From Anaerolineae bacterium (GTDB lineage: Bacteria > Chloroflexota > Anaerolineae > Anaerolineales > UBA4823), in assembly GCA_003327455.1 (NCBI GenBank), contig QOQU01000008.1, forward strand, positions 889 to 64,888: a stretch of 64,000 bases of DNA, read 5' to 3'. A program made the position numbers and the translations under genes. This document shows, piece by piece, positions 37,553 through 46,449 of this stretch; position 1 is the first letter of the stretch, and each line of letters starts with the position of its first letter. Under the pieces are notes generated by a model that saw only the letters and a program-made list of their open reading frames with translations, was not told the origin of the DNA and did no database searches.

Positions 37553-39016
37553 ATGAAAGAAAGGGTGGGATATCTATTATTGGCGGTGATCATCGCCCTG
37601 AGCGGAGTGATGATCCTTGGCGGAGTCGCTCTAGCGGCCTCGAATTATGAACCCGCAAGCCCAGAATGTTATAACAAAATCGTCATTAAGAAAGTCACGG
37701 AACCGGCTGGAGGGTCAGCTTTTCCTTTCACCCTCCAATGGGGCACAACAATAAAAAATTTTTCCTTGAACGATGGCGGTGAGACGACCTATTTTCCGAA
37801 TAGTTACAGCGTCTTTACCCTGACCGAGGCGGTTAAAGCAGATTATTACTTGAAGTCGATCTCTTGTAGCGGTCCACCAAATGCCATTTTTAACTACGAT
37901 TTGCCAAACCGACGGGTGATTATTGACCTAAAGACAAACAGAGTTGACGGAACGGTTACCTGTACGTTTACCAACACCCATTACGGCAAAATCACGGTCT
38001 ATAAATTTGAAGACCTGAACGATAATGGACAGTGGGATAATGAGGAACCACCCTTACAAGACTGGCAATTTGATTTATCTGGAGCTAAAACAGCAAGTGG
38101 AAAGACAGATAACAACGGAAAACTTGTCTTCGAAAACCTGATCGCAGGAACATATACCGTCACAGAAAACCTTGAAGACGAATATATTCCTACTACAGGG
38201 TACTTCCAAAAGGTCACATTGAATCCCAATGGAGATGAAACCCGTTATTTTGGCAATCGACGCCTGCAAATGGACTATGGTGATTTACCCTCTGCTTATG
38301 GTCTGACTTTGTTTTCTGAAGGCGGTGCCCGTCATCTACCCCTCGAACAAGGCGATGTCTGGCTTGGTACAAACCGGGATGAAGAGTACGATGGTAATCC
38401 ACACAACGACGCCATGGGGGATGATAACGATGCAACCAACGATGAAGACGGCGTGGTGCGCGGCGCAACCTGGGGTGGCGGCAGCGGGCAAATCTTCGTA
38501 ACCGTCAATGGTCCTTCCTGTCTGATGGGTTGGGTAGACTATGCAACTGTAACCGAAACAGTCCCTACAAACTTGTTCAAAGAGTTTGGGTTCGATCATA
38601 AATTCACTGAGAGTTTTGATAAAGGTGGAAGCATATTCTCCGAGAAAGTGATTGACAATATTCTGTTTACTTCTGCTGGTGTTCATGAGATTACATTTTC
38701 ACTACCGGTGGACTTTGGTAGCGCCAGCGTCTTTGCCCGTTTCCGACTTTCACCCGCCATCCCGGTCAATGGTGACGAGGGTTCAAGCCCTACCGCTGAA
38801 GGCAATGAAACATACCGCTGTCCATCTGTCGACCTTACCGGGCCCGTCCAGGGGGGCGAAGTCGAAGATTATGTGTGGACATTCGGACCCACCGCAATTG
38901 AGCTCAAGCAGATTAACGCTTCACAGCAACGTTCTACTGTTAGCATTGGCTGGATTTCAATTGGCGTGTTGATTGGCACTTCTGCTTTGTGGGTCATCAA
39001 ACGCCGCCGGAAATAA
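37553..39016 (+). CDS. Cell-surface protein with SpaA/SdrD-B-like Ig domains, a GEVED domain and a C-terminal membrane anchor
   Basis: Signal peptide; KITVYKFEDLNDNGQWD...TDNNGKLVFENLIAGTYTVTE; DYGDLP...GGEVEDY; PTAIEL; TM segment plus KRRRK tail. Confidence 0.8.
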   Translation: MKERVGYLLLAVIIALSGVMILGGVALAASNYEPASPECYNKIVIKKVTEPAGGSAFPFTLQWGTTIKNFSLNDGGETTYFPNSYSVFTLTEAVKADYYLKSISCSGPPNAIFNYDLPNRRVIIDLKTNRVDGTVTCTFTNTHYGKITVYKFEDLNDNGQWDNEEPPLQDWQFDLSGAKTASGKTDNNGKLVFENLIAGTYTVTENLEDEYIPTTGYFQKVTLNPNGDETRYFGNRRLQMDYGDLPSAYGLTLFSEGGARHLPLEQGDVWLGTNRDEEYDGNPHNDAMGDDNDATNDEDGVVRGATWGGGSGQIFVTVNGPSCLMGWVDYATVTETVPTNLFKEFGFDHKFTESFDKGGSIFSEKVIDNILFTSAGVHEITFSLPVDFGSASVFARFRLSPAIPVNGDEGSSPTAEGNETYRCPSVDLTGPVQGGEVEDYVWTFGPTAIELKQINASQQRSTVSIGWISIGVLIGTSALWVIKRRRK

Positions 39017-39041
39017 GATCCGTACGAAAGGAGAAAACTAA

Positions 39042-39161
39042 ATGAACAAAGCTGAACAAAAAGTGTATACTGCTCCAGCGATTGTTTTGGAGATGGAATT
39101 AGAAACCCAGGCCGGATCATCCCTGGTACCCAATCTGGATGAATTCTTCGAAGAAGATTAG
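39042..39161 (+). CDS. Small 39-aa ORF resembling a RiPP (lasso-type leader) precursor
   Basis: Strong SD AAAGGAG, then MNKAEQKVYTAPAIVLEMELETQAGSSLVPNLDEFFEED*, then a terminator. It is below the ORF-track length cutoff. Confidence 0.65.
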   Translation: MNKAEQKVYTAPAIVLEMELETQAGSSLVPNLDEFFEED

Positions 39162-39183
39162 AGCCTAGCAATCCGGTAAATCT

Positions 39184-39224
39184 ACCTCCTGCAAGAAACG
39201 AATTTTGCAGGAGGTTTTTTTTTT
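39184..39224 (+). terminator. Intrinsic terminator after the small ORF
   Basis: ACCTCCTGCAA/TTGCAGGAGGT followed by a long T run. Confidence 0.9.
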
Positions 39225-39400
39225 GCAAATCATCAGGTATGATCGACAAAAGGACAATACACCCTACCGATTGTGGAAGGTAACGAAAAACGCGCCGAAA
39301 GACCATCGGGCGAAACGCATCCATCATATTGTGGAGAAAGTTTATTCTCTTAGAGAAGTTTAATCCCCTTGAATTGCCTTCCATCTGCTATAATCAACAC

Positions 39401-40210
39401 ATGGAGAATCCACAGGTAGCCACGAGCATCACTTGCTCTCAGTGCGGCGGCGAACTTCACCCAGAAGTTGGGCAAGTCTTTCTCACCTGTCCATACTGCT
39501 CCTCTACGGTTTACCTCGATAAAAGCCAGGTCGTCTTCCACTGGTATGTCGCCCCCACTCTCGATGAAAAGCAAGCCCGCTCAGCTCTGGCACGCTGGAT
39601 GGCGGGCAACCAGACCGTCAAAGATCTGGATCGCAAAGCCCAAATTAACACTGTATCGTTTGCTTACTTCCCAATGTGGTTGTTCAAACATCAGAAGCCC
39701 AACGGCGAAGATGAACGCCTGCTACTGCCCGCAGCCGCAACTTCGATCAGCGAGTTAAAACACCTGGTATTACCTCCTGGCGACCTGCGTAAACCTACTG
39801 CCGAGATCGACCAGACTGCTCAACCCCCCTCCGTACCACTCGACACAGCACTGGATTGGTTGAAGCAACGCCAGATCGCCACAGAGCGGATCGTCGAGAA
39901 AGCCCTCGTTCATATTCCGATCTATACCTTCAAATATATCTTCAACAATCGCACCTATACAGCCGTTGTAGAGGCTGCCAGCGGTGGCGTCTTTGCCAAT
40001 CTTTACCCTGCAAAAGCCGAAGCGCCATTTCTGCTGATCGGTGGTGTAACCGCTCTAATCTACCTTTGCCTGGCAACTTTCCCCGCCATGGGCGCGCTGC
40101 AAAACGGCGCCAGTGGTTTGGGAGTCGGTCTACTCATTTGCAGTACAGCAGGGCTGGTTATCGCCCCAATCCTTTTTGCGATTGCCGCCTGGATAGCAGC
40201 GAAAATATGA
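39401..40210 (+). CDS. Zinc-ribbon protein with C-terminal TM helices
   Basis: CSQCGG...CPYCSS and two C-terminal hydrophobic segments. The ATG lies 6 nt after a TGnTATAAT element. Confidence 0.75.
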   Translation: MENPQVATSITCSQCGGELHPEVGQVFLTCPYCSSTVYLDKSQVVFHWYVAPTLDEKQARSALARWMAGNQTVKDLDRKAQINTVSFAYFPMWLFKHQKPNGEDERLLLPAAATSISELKHLVLPPGDLRKPTAEIDQTAQPPSVPLDTALDWLKQRQIATERIVEKALVHIPIYTFKYIFNNRTYTAVVEAASGGVFANLYPAKAEAPFLLIGGVTALIYLCLATFPAMGALQNGASGLGVGLLICSTAGLVIAPILFAIAAWIAAKI

Positions 40211-41235
40211 GCGAAAAAGACTCTACTCATGGCCTCAATTGTCCAAAATGCGGTGGGATGATTCGCATCCCCGAAGGGCAGCAACTGGTCATCTGCCCGT
40301 ATTGCCAGCAACGCTCCATTGTGCGCGGCGAGCGGGGAGTTTACCGGTATCAGGTGCCCGTCCAAATCGATCGACCTCAGGCTGAGAAGTTGCTGGAACG
40401 GTTTTTTAACAGCAGTTTTGCCATAGCGCGCAACACCCGCCAGCAGGCTAAACTTGAAGAAAGTTTCCTGGTTTTTCTGCCTTACTACACCAGTTGGGGA
40501 CGGGTACTCGGCTGGGTATTCGGGGAGAAGCGGGTCGGTAGCGGTGACAATAAACGTTATGAACCGCGTGAAGTGCAGTTTGTCCAGGATACCACCTGGA
40601 ACACGGCGGCTTGCGATGTTGGTGAATTTGGGGTCGAGAGCGTCCCTCTGGAAGATAAACCCTTCAACCCTTACAACGATGATGAAATTCATCGCGCCGG
40701 GATGGTCTTTGAACCGGTTGGTTCCCTGAGCGAAGCCCTGCAACGCGCCGAAGATGAGTTTCAAGCTCAGGTGCGCAAAGATGCGCGTCTTGATCGCATC
40801 TCTCAGGTGTTTGTCCGTATTGTGCGCCGGAGGTTCGGGATCGTCTATTACCCTTTGTGGATCTTACGCTATCTCTATCGTGGGCGGGCTTATCAGGTAG
40901 CTATCGATGGTCACAGCGGCCTGATTTTGTATGGAAAAGCGCCCGGGAATACTCTTTACCGGGCTGCTATCCTGGTAGGCGGGATGGCATTGGGAGCCTT
41001 GATCGCTTTTGACATTCCCACTCTTCTGCTTTACTTCGGTCGCAACAGCGATGAGATAGACGGCTTGCTGGTTTTAAGTGGGATTGCCCTGCTAGGCGGT
41101 TTATCCGTCATGTACGCAGCTTATCGCGCCTTCCGTTACGGTGAGGAATACGAATTCCGTTGGAAGAAAAGTCTCTCCAGTGTAGAATGGATTCCTCAAC
41201 AGCTCCTGAAACCGCTTTCGGAGGCGGAGGAATGA
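40207..41235 (+). CDS. Zinc-ribbon protein with C-terminal TM helices (paralogous layout)
   Basis: CPKCGG...CPYCQQ, YYPLWILRY...AIDGHSG. The start overlaps the upstream TGA (ATGA). Confidence 0.75.
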   Translation: MSEKDSTHGLNCPKCGGMIRIPEGQQLVICPYCQQRSIVRGERGVYRYQVPVQIDRPQAEKLLERFFNSSFAIARNTRQQAKLEESFLVFLPYYTSWGRVLGWVFGEKRVGSGDNKRYEPREVQFVQDTTWNTAACDVGEFGVESVPLEDKPFNPYNDDEIHRAGMVFEPVGSLSEALQRAEDEFQAQVRKDARLDRISQVFVRIVRRRFGIVYYPLWILRYLYRGRAYQVAIDGHSGLILYGKAPGNTLYRAAILVGGMALGALIAFDIPTLLLYFGRNSDEIDGLLVLSGIALLGGLSVMYAAYRAFRYGEEYEFRWKKSLSSVEWIPQQLLKPLSEAEE

Positions 41236-41774
41236 GCAGGCTGATTGAACTAGTCCCATTGAATTGTATCCATTGTTCAATGCCAATTGCGGCCGCAGTG
41301 AATGAAGTTGCCTGGGTCTGCCCCACCTGCGGGACAGGCATGGCACTAAACGACGAGGGCGAATTAATACCCTGTGAATTTCATTTTTCGGCAAACCTGC
41401 CTCCTACCGGCAAAGGTAAACCCTTCTGGGTAGCAGAGGGCAGGGTCAGGATCAGCCGCCAATCTTATAACTTGATTGGTAAAAGCGACCAGGAAGCAAT
41501 AAGTTTCTGGAATCAACCGCGTTGGTTCTTTATCCCCGCCTATGAGTGCGGATTAGATGATATGCTTACGATAGGCACCCGCTGGCTAACCACCCCACCA
41601 CCCCTGGTTGAAGGCTCAAAAACCGACTTTGTACCGATCACCCAATCGGCATCGGATGTGCGCGCCTTCGCTGAATTTCTGATCGTTGCTGTCGAAGCCG
41701 CTCGTAAAGATAAAGTCAAAGGTATCCAGTTCGTACTTGAATTGCAACCACCGCTGCTATGGATTCTCCCTTGA
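41232..41774 (+). CDS. Zinc-ribbon protein (soluble)
   Basis: CIHC...CPTCG, GKPFWV and FFIPAY. ATGA coupling after GGAGG. Confidence 0.7.
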   Translation: MSRLIELVPLNCIHCSMPIAAAVNEVAWVCPTCGTGMALNDEGELIPCEFHFSANLPPTGKGKPFWVAEGRVRISRQSYNLIGKSDQEAISFWNQPRWFFIPAYECGLDDMLTIGTRWLTTPPPLVEGSKTDFVPITQSASDVRAFAEFLIVAVEAARKDKVKGIQFVLELQPPLLWILP

Positions 41775-42002
41775 GGCGTTGGTCTCTAGTTAACTTCAGA
41801 ACGGGGAAGCAAGCCATCTGCGTCTGCCCGATTTCAAGCATAGACGCCAGGGTACCAAAGGCAGATGAAAGAGTGCCGACTTTCTTCAAAGGCAACCATT
41901 GCAACTGCCAGACGGCCTCCAGCGATCACCCACGCGCAGGTAAGACTCTTTATAAAACAAGCCAGTCCTGAACGCAAGGATATCTGATAGGGAGTGTGAG
42001 TC

Positions 42003-44495
42003 ATGAAAACCAACGGAAAATTTTATCTGGGGCGTTTGATTGATCCTCAAACCAACAAAACTACCGATCAACCCCTGCTCTATAAATCCGAAGATCTGAC
42101 CACCCATGCTTTTGTGGTCGGGATGACCGGTTCGGGAAAAACAGGATTGTGTATCTGTTTGCTGGAGGAAGCAGCCTTACAAGGCATACCGGCGTTGATT
42201 ATCGATCCCAAAGGAGATATGACCAACATCTTGTTGCACTTTCCCGATTTCGAGCCGCGTGACTTTGAACCATGGATCGACGCCGACCTGGCTCGCCGAG
42301 AAGGAAAGACAGTACAACAAGTCGCTCAAGAGACCGCCATGACCTGGAAACAGGGTTTGGCTGATTGGGGAGTTGAGCCACAGCGGGTAAAAGCCCTTGC
42401 AGAGGCAGCCCATTTTGCCATCTACACTCCCGGCTCGGATAGTGGTATCCCGGTCAATATTCTCACATCCTTTGAAGCTCCTCAGATCGATTGGGATGAA
42501 AACCGCGAAGTGCTGCGCGAAAAGATTTCCGCCACCATAACCGCTCTCCTGGGCTTGGTCGGCTTATCCGACGTTGACCCCTTGCGTTCACGCGAACATA
42601 TTTTACTTTCCAATATCCTCGAACATGCCTGGGTAGCAGGCAAAAACCTGGAGTTAAGTGAACTCATTTTGCAAACCCAATCGCCTCCTTTTACCAAATT
42701 AGGCGTTTTCGATGTAGATACCTTCTTCCCCCAAAAAGACCGTTTCACCCTGGCCATGCTGCTCAATAATATCCTTGCTGCGCCCAGTTTTCAACCCTGG
42801 ATTGAAGGGCAACCACTGGATATCCAGGAACTTCTCTATGCTGCGGATGGACGACCACGCCACAGCATTTTTTACCTGGCTCACCTGAGTGAAACCGAGC
42901 GCATGTTTTTTGTGACCCTGCTTTACACCGCTGTCGAAAGCTGGATGCGCGCTCAACCAGGCAGTGGTTCCTTGCGAGCAATCGTTTATTTCGACGAAAT
43001 CTTCGGTTATTTACCGCCAGTCAGCAACCCACCCTCAAAAACTGTGCTGTTGCGCATGCTCAAGCAAGCCCGTGCTTTTGGCGTTGCCCAGGTCCTGGTT
43101 ACCCAGAATCCGGTGGATATCGATTACAAGGCTCTATCCAACGCCGGCACCTGGTGTATTGGTAAATTACAGACCGATCAGGACAAACAACGTCTGTTAG
43201 ACGGACTGGAAAGCGCGGTGCCTGGAGAGATGAACCGCAAAGACTACGATAAACTCATCTCCAGTTTGGGAAAACGGGTTTTCCTGATGCATAATGTCCA
43301 TGCGAAAGGGCCTCTGCTCTTCCAGACTCGCTGGGCAATGAATTATTTAGCCGGTCCGATCACCCGGGCTCAAATCCCAACTTTAAATCGCCTGGTAAAG
43401 GCTTCCGAAGTTATTGCACCCGAAACCGCCCAACCAGATTCGTCATCCACCCAGGCGACCCTCACTCCTCCCGGCAAAAAAGTTACGAAAACGGATATTT
43501 ATCTTAACACCAAACCACCAGCTCCGAATGCAGTGGCGGAAACCTTCCTACCTGTGCGCGAGAGCCTTACAGAAGCGCTGCAAAAAGCCGGGCTTAACCG
43601 CTCGGCAAGCCAAAATGCCGTCCTGCTTTACCGTCCCCGCCTGTTAGGGCAAGCTCAAATTCGCTATGTAAACCGAAAGATTGGCCTGGATAGCGAAAGC
43701 GCCAAAGCCATCCTGGTGCAAAACCCAGAACGGCGTGGCTTTGTCCGTTGGGAAGAGAACCTTGCTCAACCACTGGACCTGAATCAATTGGAGACGTCTC
43801 CTCTCCCCGATTCGCGCTTTGCGCCTTTAGAAACGCCGCTTTCCGATGCCAGGTTAATGGTTGTAATGCAAAAAGACTTCCTTGATTGGGTATTCCGGAA
43901 CGCCGCTTTAACCATCAAAATCAATGAGAACCTTCAAATAGCCTGTGTGCCGCCGATGAGCGAAGGCGAATTTCGGACACGCTGCGCAGAACTCGCCCGT
44001 CAAAAGCGGGATGAAGAAATAAAAAAAGTTGCCCAAACCTTCGACAAAAAAATTGAAGCCATCAGACTCAAGCTAATCCGCGAAGAACAAGAACTCGAAG
44101 CGGATAAGGACAAGCTCAACCTGCGACGCATGGAAGAAGTCGGCACTCACGCGGAGAATATCTTAGGCCTCTTGGGAGGACGGCGCAGTTCACGACGGGT
44201 TTCGTCCTCACTCACAAAACGCCGCCTGACCAGTCAAGCCAAAGCGGAGGTCGAAGAATCGGAAAAAACCATTGCGCTCTTGAAAGAACAAATTGCCGAA
44301 GCCGAAAAAGCCAAAGCAGCCGCACTTGAAGAGGTCAATCAGCGCTGGGCAGAGATCGCCATGCAGGTTCGAGAGGAAAACATCTTCCCCCAGAAAAAAG
44401 ATGTGTATTTAGCGTTTTTTGGCATCGTCTGGCAACCTTACTATCTTGTTCAAGAGGGCGAAAAGGTAACTGAGGTGCCGGCGTATTCGTTCTAA
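42003..44495 (+). CDS. HerA/FtsK/VirB4-superfamily P-loop ATPase with C-terminal coiled coil
   Basis: GMTGSGKT Walker A, IIDPKGD, YFDEIFG Walker B, ARAFGV and TQNPVDIDYK. The C-terminus is a charged helical region. Confidence 0.85.
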   Translation: MKTNGKFYLGRLIDPQTNKTTDQPLLYKSEDLTTHAFVVGMTGSGKTGLCICLLEEAALQGIPALIIDPKGDMTNILLHFPDFEPRDFEPWIDADLARREGKTVQQVAQETAMTWKQGLADWGVEPQRVKALAEAAHFAIYTPGSDSGIPVNILTSFEAPQIDWDENREVLREKISATITALLGLVGLSDVDPLRSREHILLSNILEHAWVAGKNLELSELILQTQSPPFTKLGVFDVDTFFPQKDRFTLAMLLNNILAAPSFQPWIEGQPLDIQELLYAADGRPRHSIFYLAHLSETERMFFVTLLYTAVESWMRAQPGSGSLRAIVYFDEIFGYLPPVSNPPSKTVLLRMLKQARAFGVAQVLVTQNPVDIDYKALSNAGTWCIGKLQTDQDKQRLLDGLESAVPGEMNRKDYDKLISSLGKRVFLMHNVHAKGPLLFQTRWAMNYLAGPITRAQIPTLNRLVKASEVIAPETAQPDSSSTQATLTPPGKKVTKTDIYLNTKPPAPNAVAETFLPVRESLTEALQKAGLNRSASQNAVLLYRPRLLGQAQIRYVNRKIGLDSESAKAILVQNPERRGFVRWEENLAQPLDLNQLETSPLPDSRFAPLETPLSDARLMVVMQKDFLDWVFRNAALTIKINENLQIACVPPMSEGEFRTRCAELARQKRDEEIKKVAQTFDKKIEAIRLKLIREEQELEADKDKLNLRRMEEVGTHAENILGLLGGRRSSRRVSSSLTKRRLTSQAKAEVEESEKTIALLKEQIAEAEKAKAAALEEVNQRWAEIAMQVREENIFPQKKDVYLAFFGIVWQPYYLVQEGEKVTEVPAYSF

Positions 44496-44523
44496 TAGAG
44501 CTTTTGGACCGCGAGGTGTTGGA

Positions 44524-44730
44524 ATGCATTCTATCCACGAAACCCTTTGTTTGTTGGTAGCAATTGGCTATCTCAACGAACACATGGAGGAATACGAAGC
44601 GATGATTTCTCATCCAAAATATCTCTGTACTTCCTGTGGTCGTTTAGCTCGCGAAGCAGAACTTGTATGCCTGCCGCGCCCGGTAAATATCTGTATAGAA
44701 GATTCATCCAAAAGGCAAGCACAGCAATGA
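44524..44730 (+). CDS. Small Cys-containing hypothetical protein
   Basis: [14 protein letters not shown]...VCLP. Its stop overlaps the next start (ATGA). Confidence 0.5.
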   Translation: MHSIHETLCLLVAIGYLNEHMEEYEAMISHPKYLCTSCGRLAREAELVCLPRPVNICIEDSSKRQAQQ

Positions 44731-45212
44731 GCCAGTTACCTCCAGATACCCTCAACTCGATTGGCGTGCTAAAACGGCGCGAGATAGAAGCCCGCATTCT
44801 CAAGCCCGTGTTAGAAGCTTTTGCACAAGAACTTGGTTGGGAGCGCACGGTCGAGATTTTGCGAGGCGTGATCATCGAAATCGCCCGGGAGCAAGGTAAA
44901 GCTCTTGCGCAGTCTATGGGCGGGTGCAGTCTGGCGCATTTTGCTGCCTCGCTGGAAAACTGGCAGAAAGACGATGCCATGCAAATTGAAATTCTCACCC
45001 AAAATGAAAGGGAATTTTCGTTCAACGTGCAACGTTGTCGTTATGCTGAGTTGTATCGGGCTTTGGGGATGGAGCAGGTGGGACAGGTGCTCTCCTGCAG
45101 TCGCGACCAGGCATTAATGGCGGGCTTCAATCCCGAAATTGAACTCACGCGTACCCAGACGATTATAGAAGGGGCGCCGTTTTGTGACTTTCGCTATCGA
45201 ATCAAGCGCTAA
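44727..45212 (+). CDS. L-2-amino-thiazoline-4-carboxylic acid hydrolase-like (V4R-like) protein
   Basis: [40 protein letters not shown]. Confidence 0.75.
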   Translation: MSQLPPDTLNSIGVLKRREIEARILKPVLEAFAQELGWERTVEILRGVIIEIAREQGKALAQSMGGCSLAHFAASLENWQKDDAMQIEILTQNEREFSFNVQRCRYAELYRALGMEQVGQVLSCSRDQALMAGFNPEIELTRTQTIIEGAPFCDFRYRIKR

Positions 45213-45214
45213 AT

Positions 45215-45832
45215 TTACACTGCCAGGTTGACTCTGGTACCCACCTCTTCTTTTTGTGCGCTGGTCTGGCGGGCTAATTCAAGGCGGGCGCGCATCGCCA
45301 TCACATCGGCTTCGGCGGCTACGGCGCGGTCTTGCGGTGAAGGGTCCGCAGGAGCAAGAGCTGCTGCTTTGATCCGCGCCGCCTTCCGAATGGTGGCTTC
45401 AGGATCACCTTCCACCGGGCTGGTGTCAATAGACACCTCGCCGGAAACGGCGTAGAGCTTCTTATCGGGACCCATCTCGTAAGAATATTGCGCCCGACTG
45501 CGAATCAGGTTTCCCCCGGCGCGGATATGGGCTTCTTCATGAGCACGTACTTTGCGGTCGTTCTCTTTGAGCCTGGCAATTGCCCGCTTGTCCTGCTCGC
45601 TGAGTTCTTTCTGACCGAACGGGTTTTGATCAGCGGAGGTTTCCTTTTCTCTGCCTTGTGTCGAGCGAACGCGCATTGGCGCCTCGGCAGATAAGCCCAT
45701 AGAGGTCAGATAGTTCCCCTGAGCATTGTCCTGCGCACCCTGCAGCCATTTCTGCCACTCGGCGCGCGCTTCCTGCAACCCGGTCAGGTTAAACGCAGAT
45801 GAACTTAAACCCATTGACCCAAAATCGCTCAT
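45215..45832 (-). CDS. SprA-related family protein
   Basis: RLKENDRKVRAHEEAH, YEMGPDKKLYAVSGEVSID and AALAPADPSPQDRAVAA. Confidence 0.8.
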   Translation of the reverse strand: MSDFGSMGLSSSAFNLTGLQEARAEWQKWLQGAQDNAQGNYLTSMGLSAEAPMRVRSTQGREKETSADQNPFGQKELSEQDKRAIARLKENDRKVRAHEEAHIRAGGNLIRSRAQYSYEMGPDKKLYAVSGEVSIDTSPVEGDPEATIRKAARIKAAALAPADPSPQDRAVAAEADVMAMRARLELARQTSAQKEEVGTRVNLAV

Positions 45833-45978
45833 GACTTACACGACCTCTAATTCGTTATCGGCAGATTCTGATAAAACTTTAGCAATTTTCTAGCATGAAT
45901 TCGATTGATTTCGACTATACTAAGAAAATTAGATAATATAGGTCTAAATAAAACAAAATACGAGATACAGGAACAGCC

Positions 45979-46446
45979 ATGCATCTCTTTGTACACCGTT
46001 TTCTTGTGCGTGCACCTTTAGAAGAAGTGGCCAACTTTCATCGCGATACCCGCGCCCTTCGACGGCTAACTCCACCTCCTATTTGGGTGCAATTCCACCA
46101 TCTCGAACCCCTGGCCGAAAACTCTATTGCCGAGTTTAGCCTGTGGTTCGGTCCCTTCCCCGTGCGCTGGCGTGCATTGCACATCCACGTCCATCCTTTA
46201 CAGGGCTTTACGGATATCCAGGTGCAGGGACCTCTGCAATCCTGGCGTCATACGCATTCCTTTCAAGCGGTTGACGAGCATACAACCCAAATTACCGAAA
46301 TGATTGAATATGAGCATCCCGCCGGTTGGAACGGGCTCTTGACTCGTTTGCTCTATTCTTCCATTGCTCTACGCCTGTTATTTTTCTACCGCCAGTGGGT
46401 GACCCGCTTCTATTTGGAATGGAAGCGCTCAGTAGAGAGGCATTAA
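45979..46446 (+). CDS. SRPBCC-family (cyclase/dehydrase-like) protein
   Basis: LTPPP, FTDIQVQGPLQSWRHTHSF and LFFYRQ motifs. Confidence 0.8.
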   Translation: MHLFVHRFLVRAPLEEVANFHRDTRALRRLTPPPIWVQFHHLEPLAENSIAEFSLWFGPFPVRWRALHIHVHPLQGFTDIQVQGPLQSWRHTHSFQAVDEHTTQITEMIEYEHPAGWNGLLTRLLYSSIALRLLFFYRQWVTRFYLEWKRSVERH

Positions 46447-46449
46447 TCA

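Noticed and set aside
39856-40206. ORF-track 117-aa extension of the second Zn-ribbon protein
   Set aside because: It overlaps the upstream gene in another frame. ATGA coupling at 40207 puts the Zn ribbon at the N-terminus, as in its neighbours.
41759-42107. Short ORFs 41759-41971 (+), 41716-41904 (-) and 41886-42107 (-)
   Set aside because: No SD or motif support. They are treated as intergenic or shadow frames.
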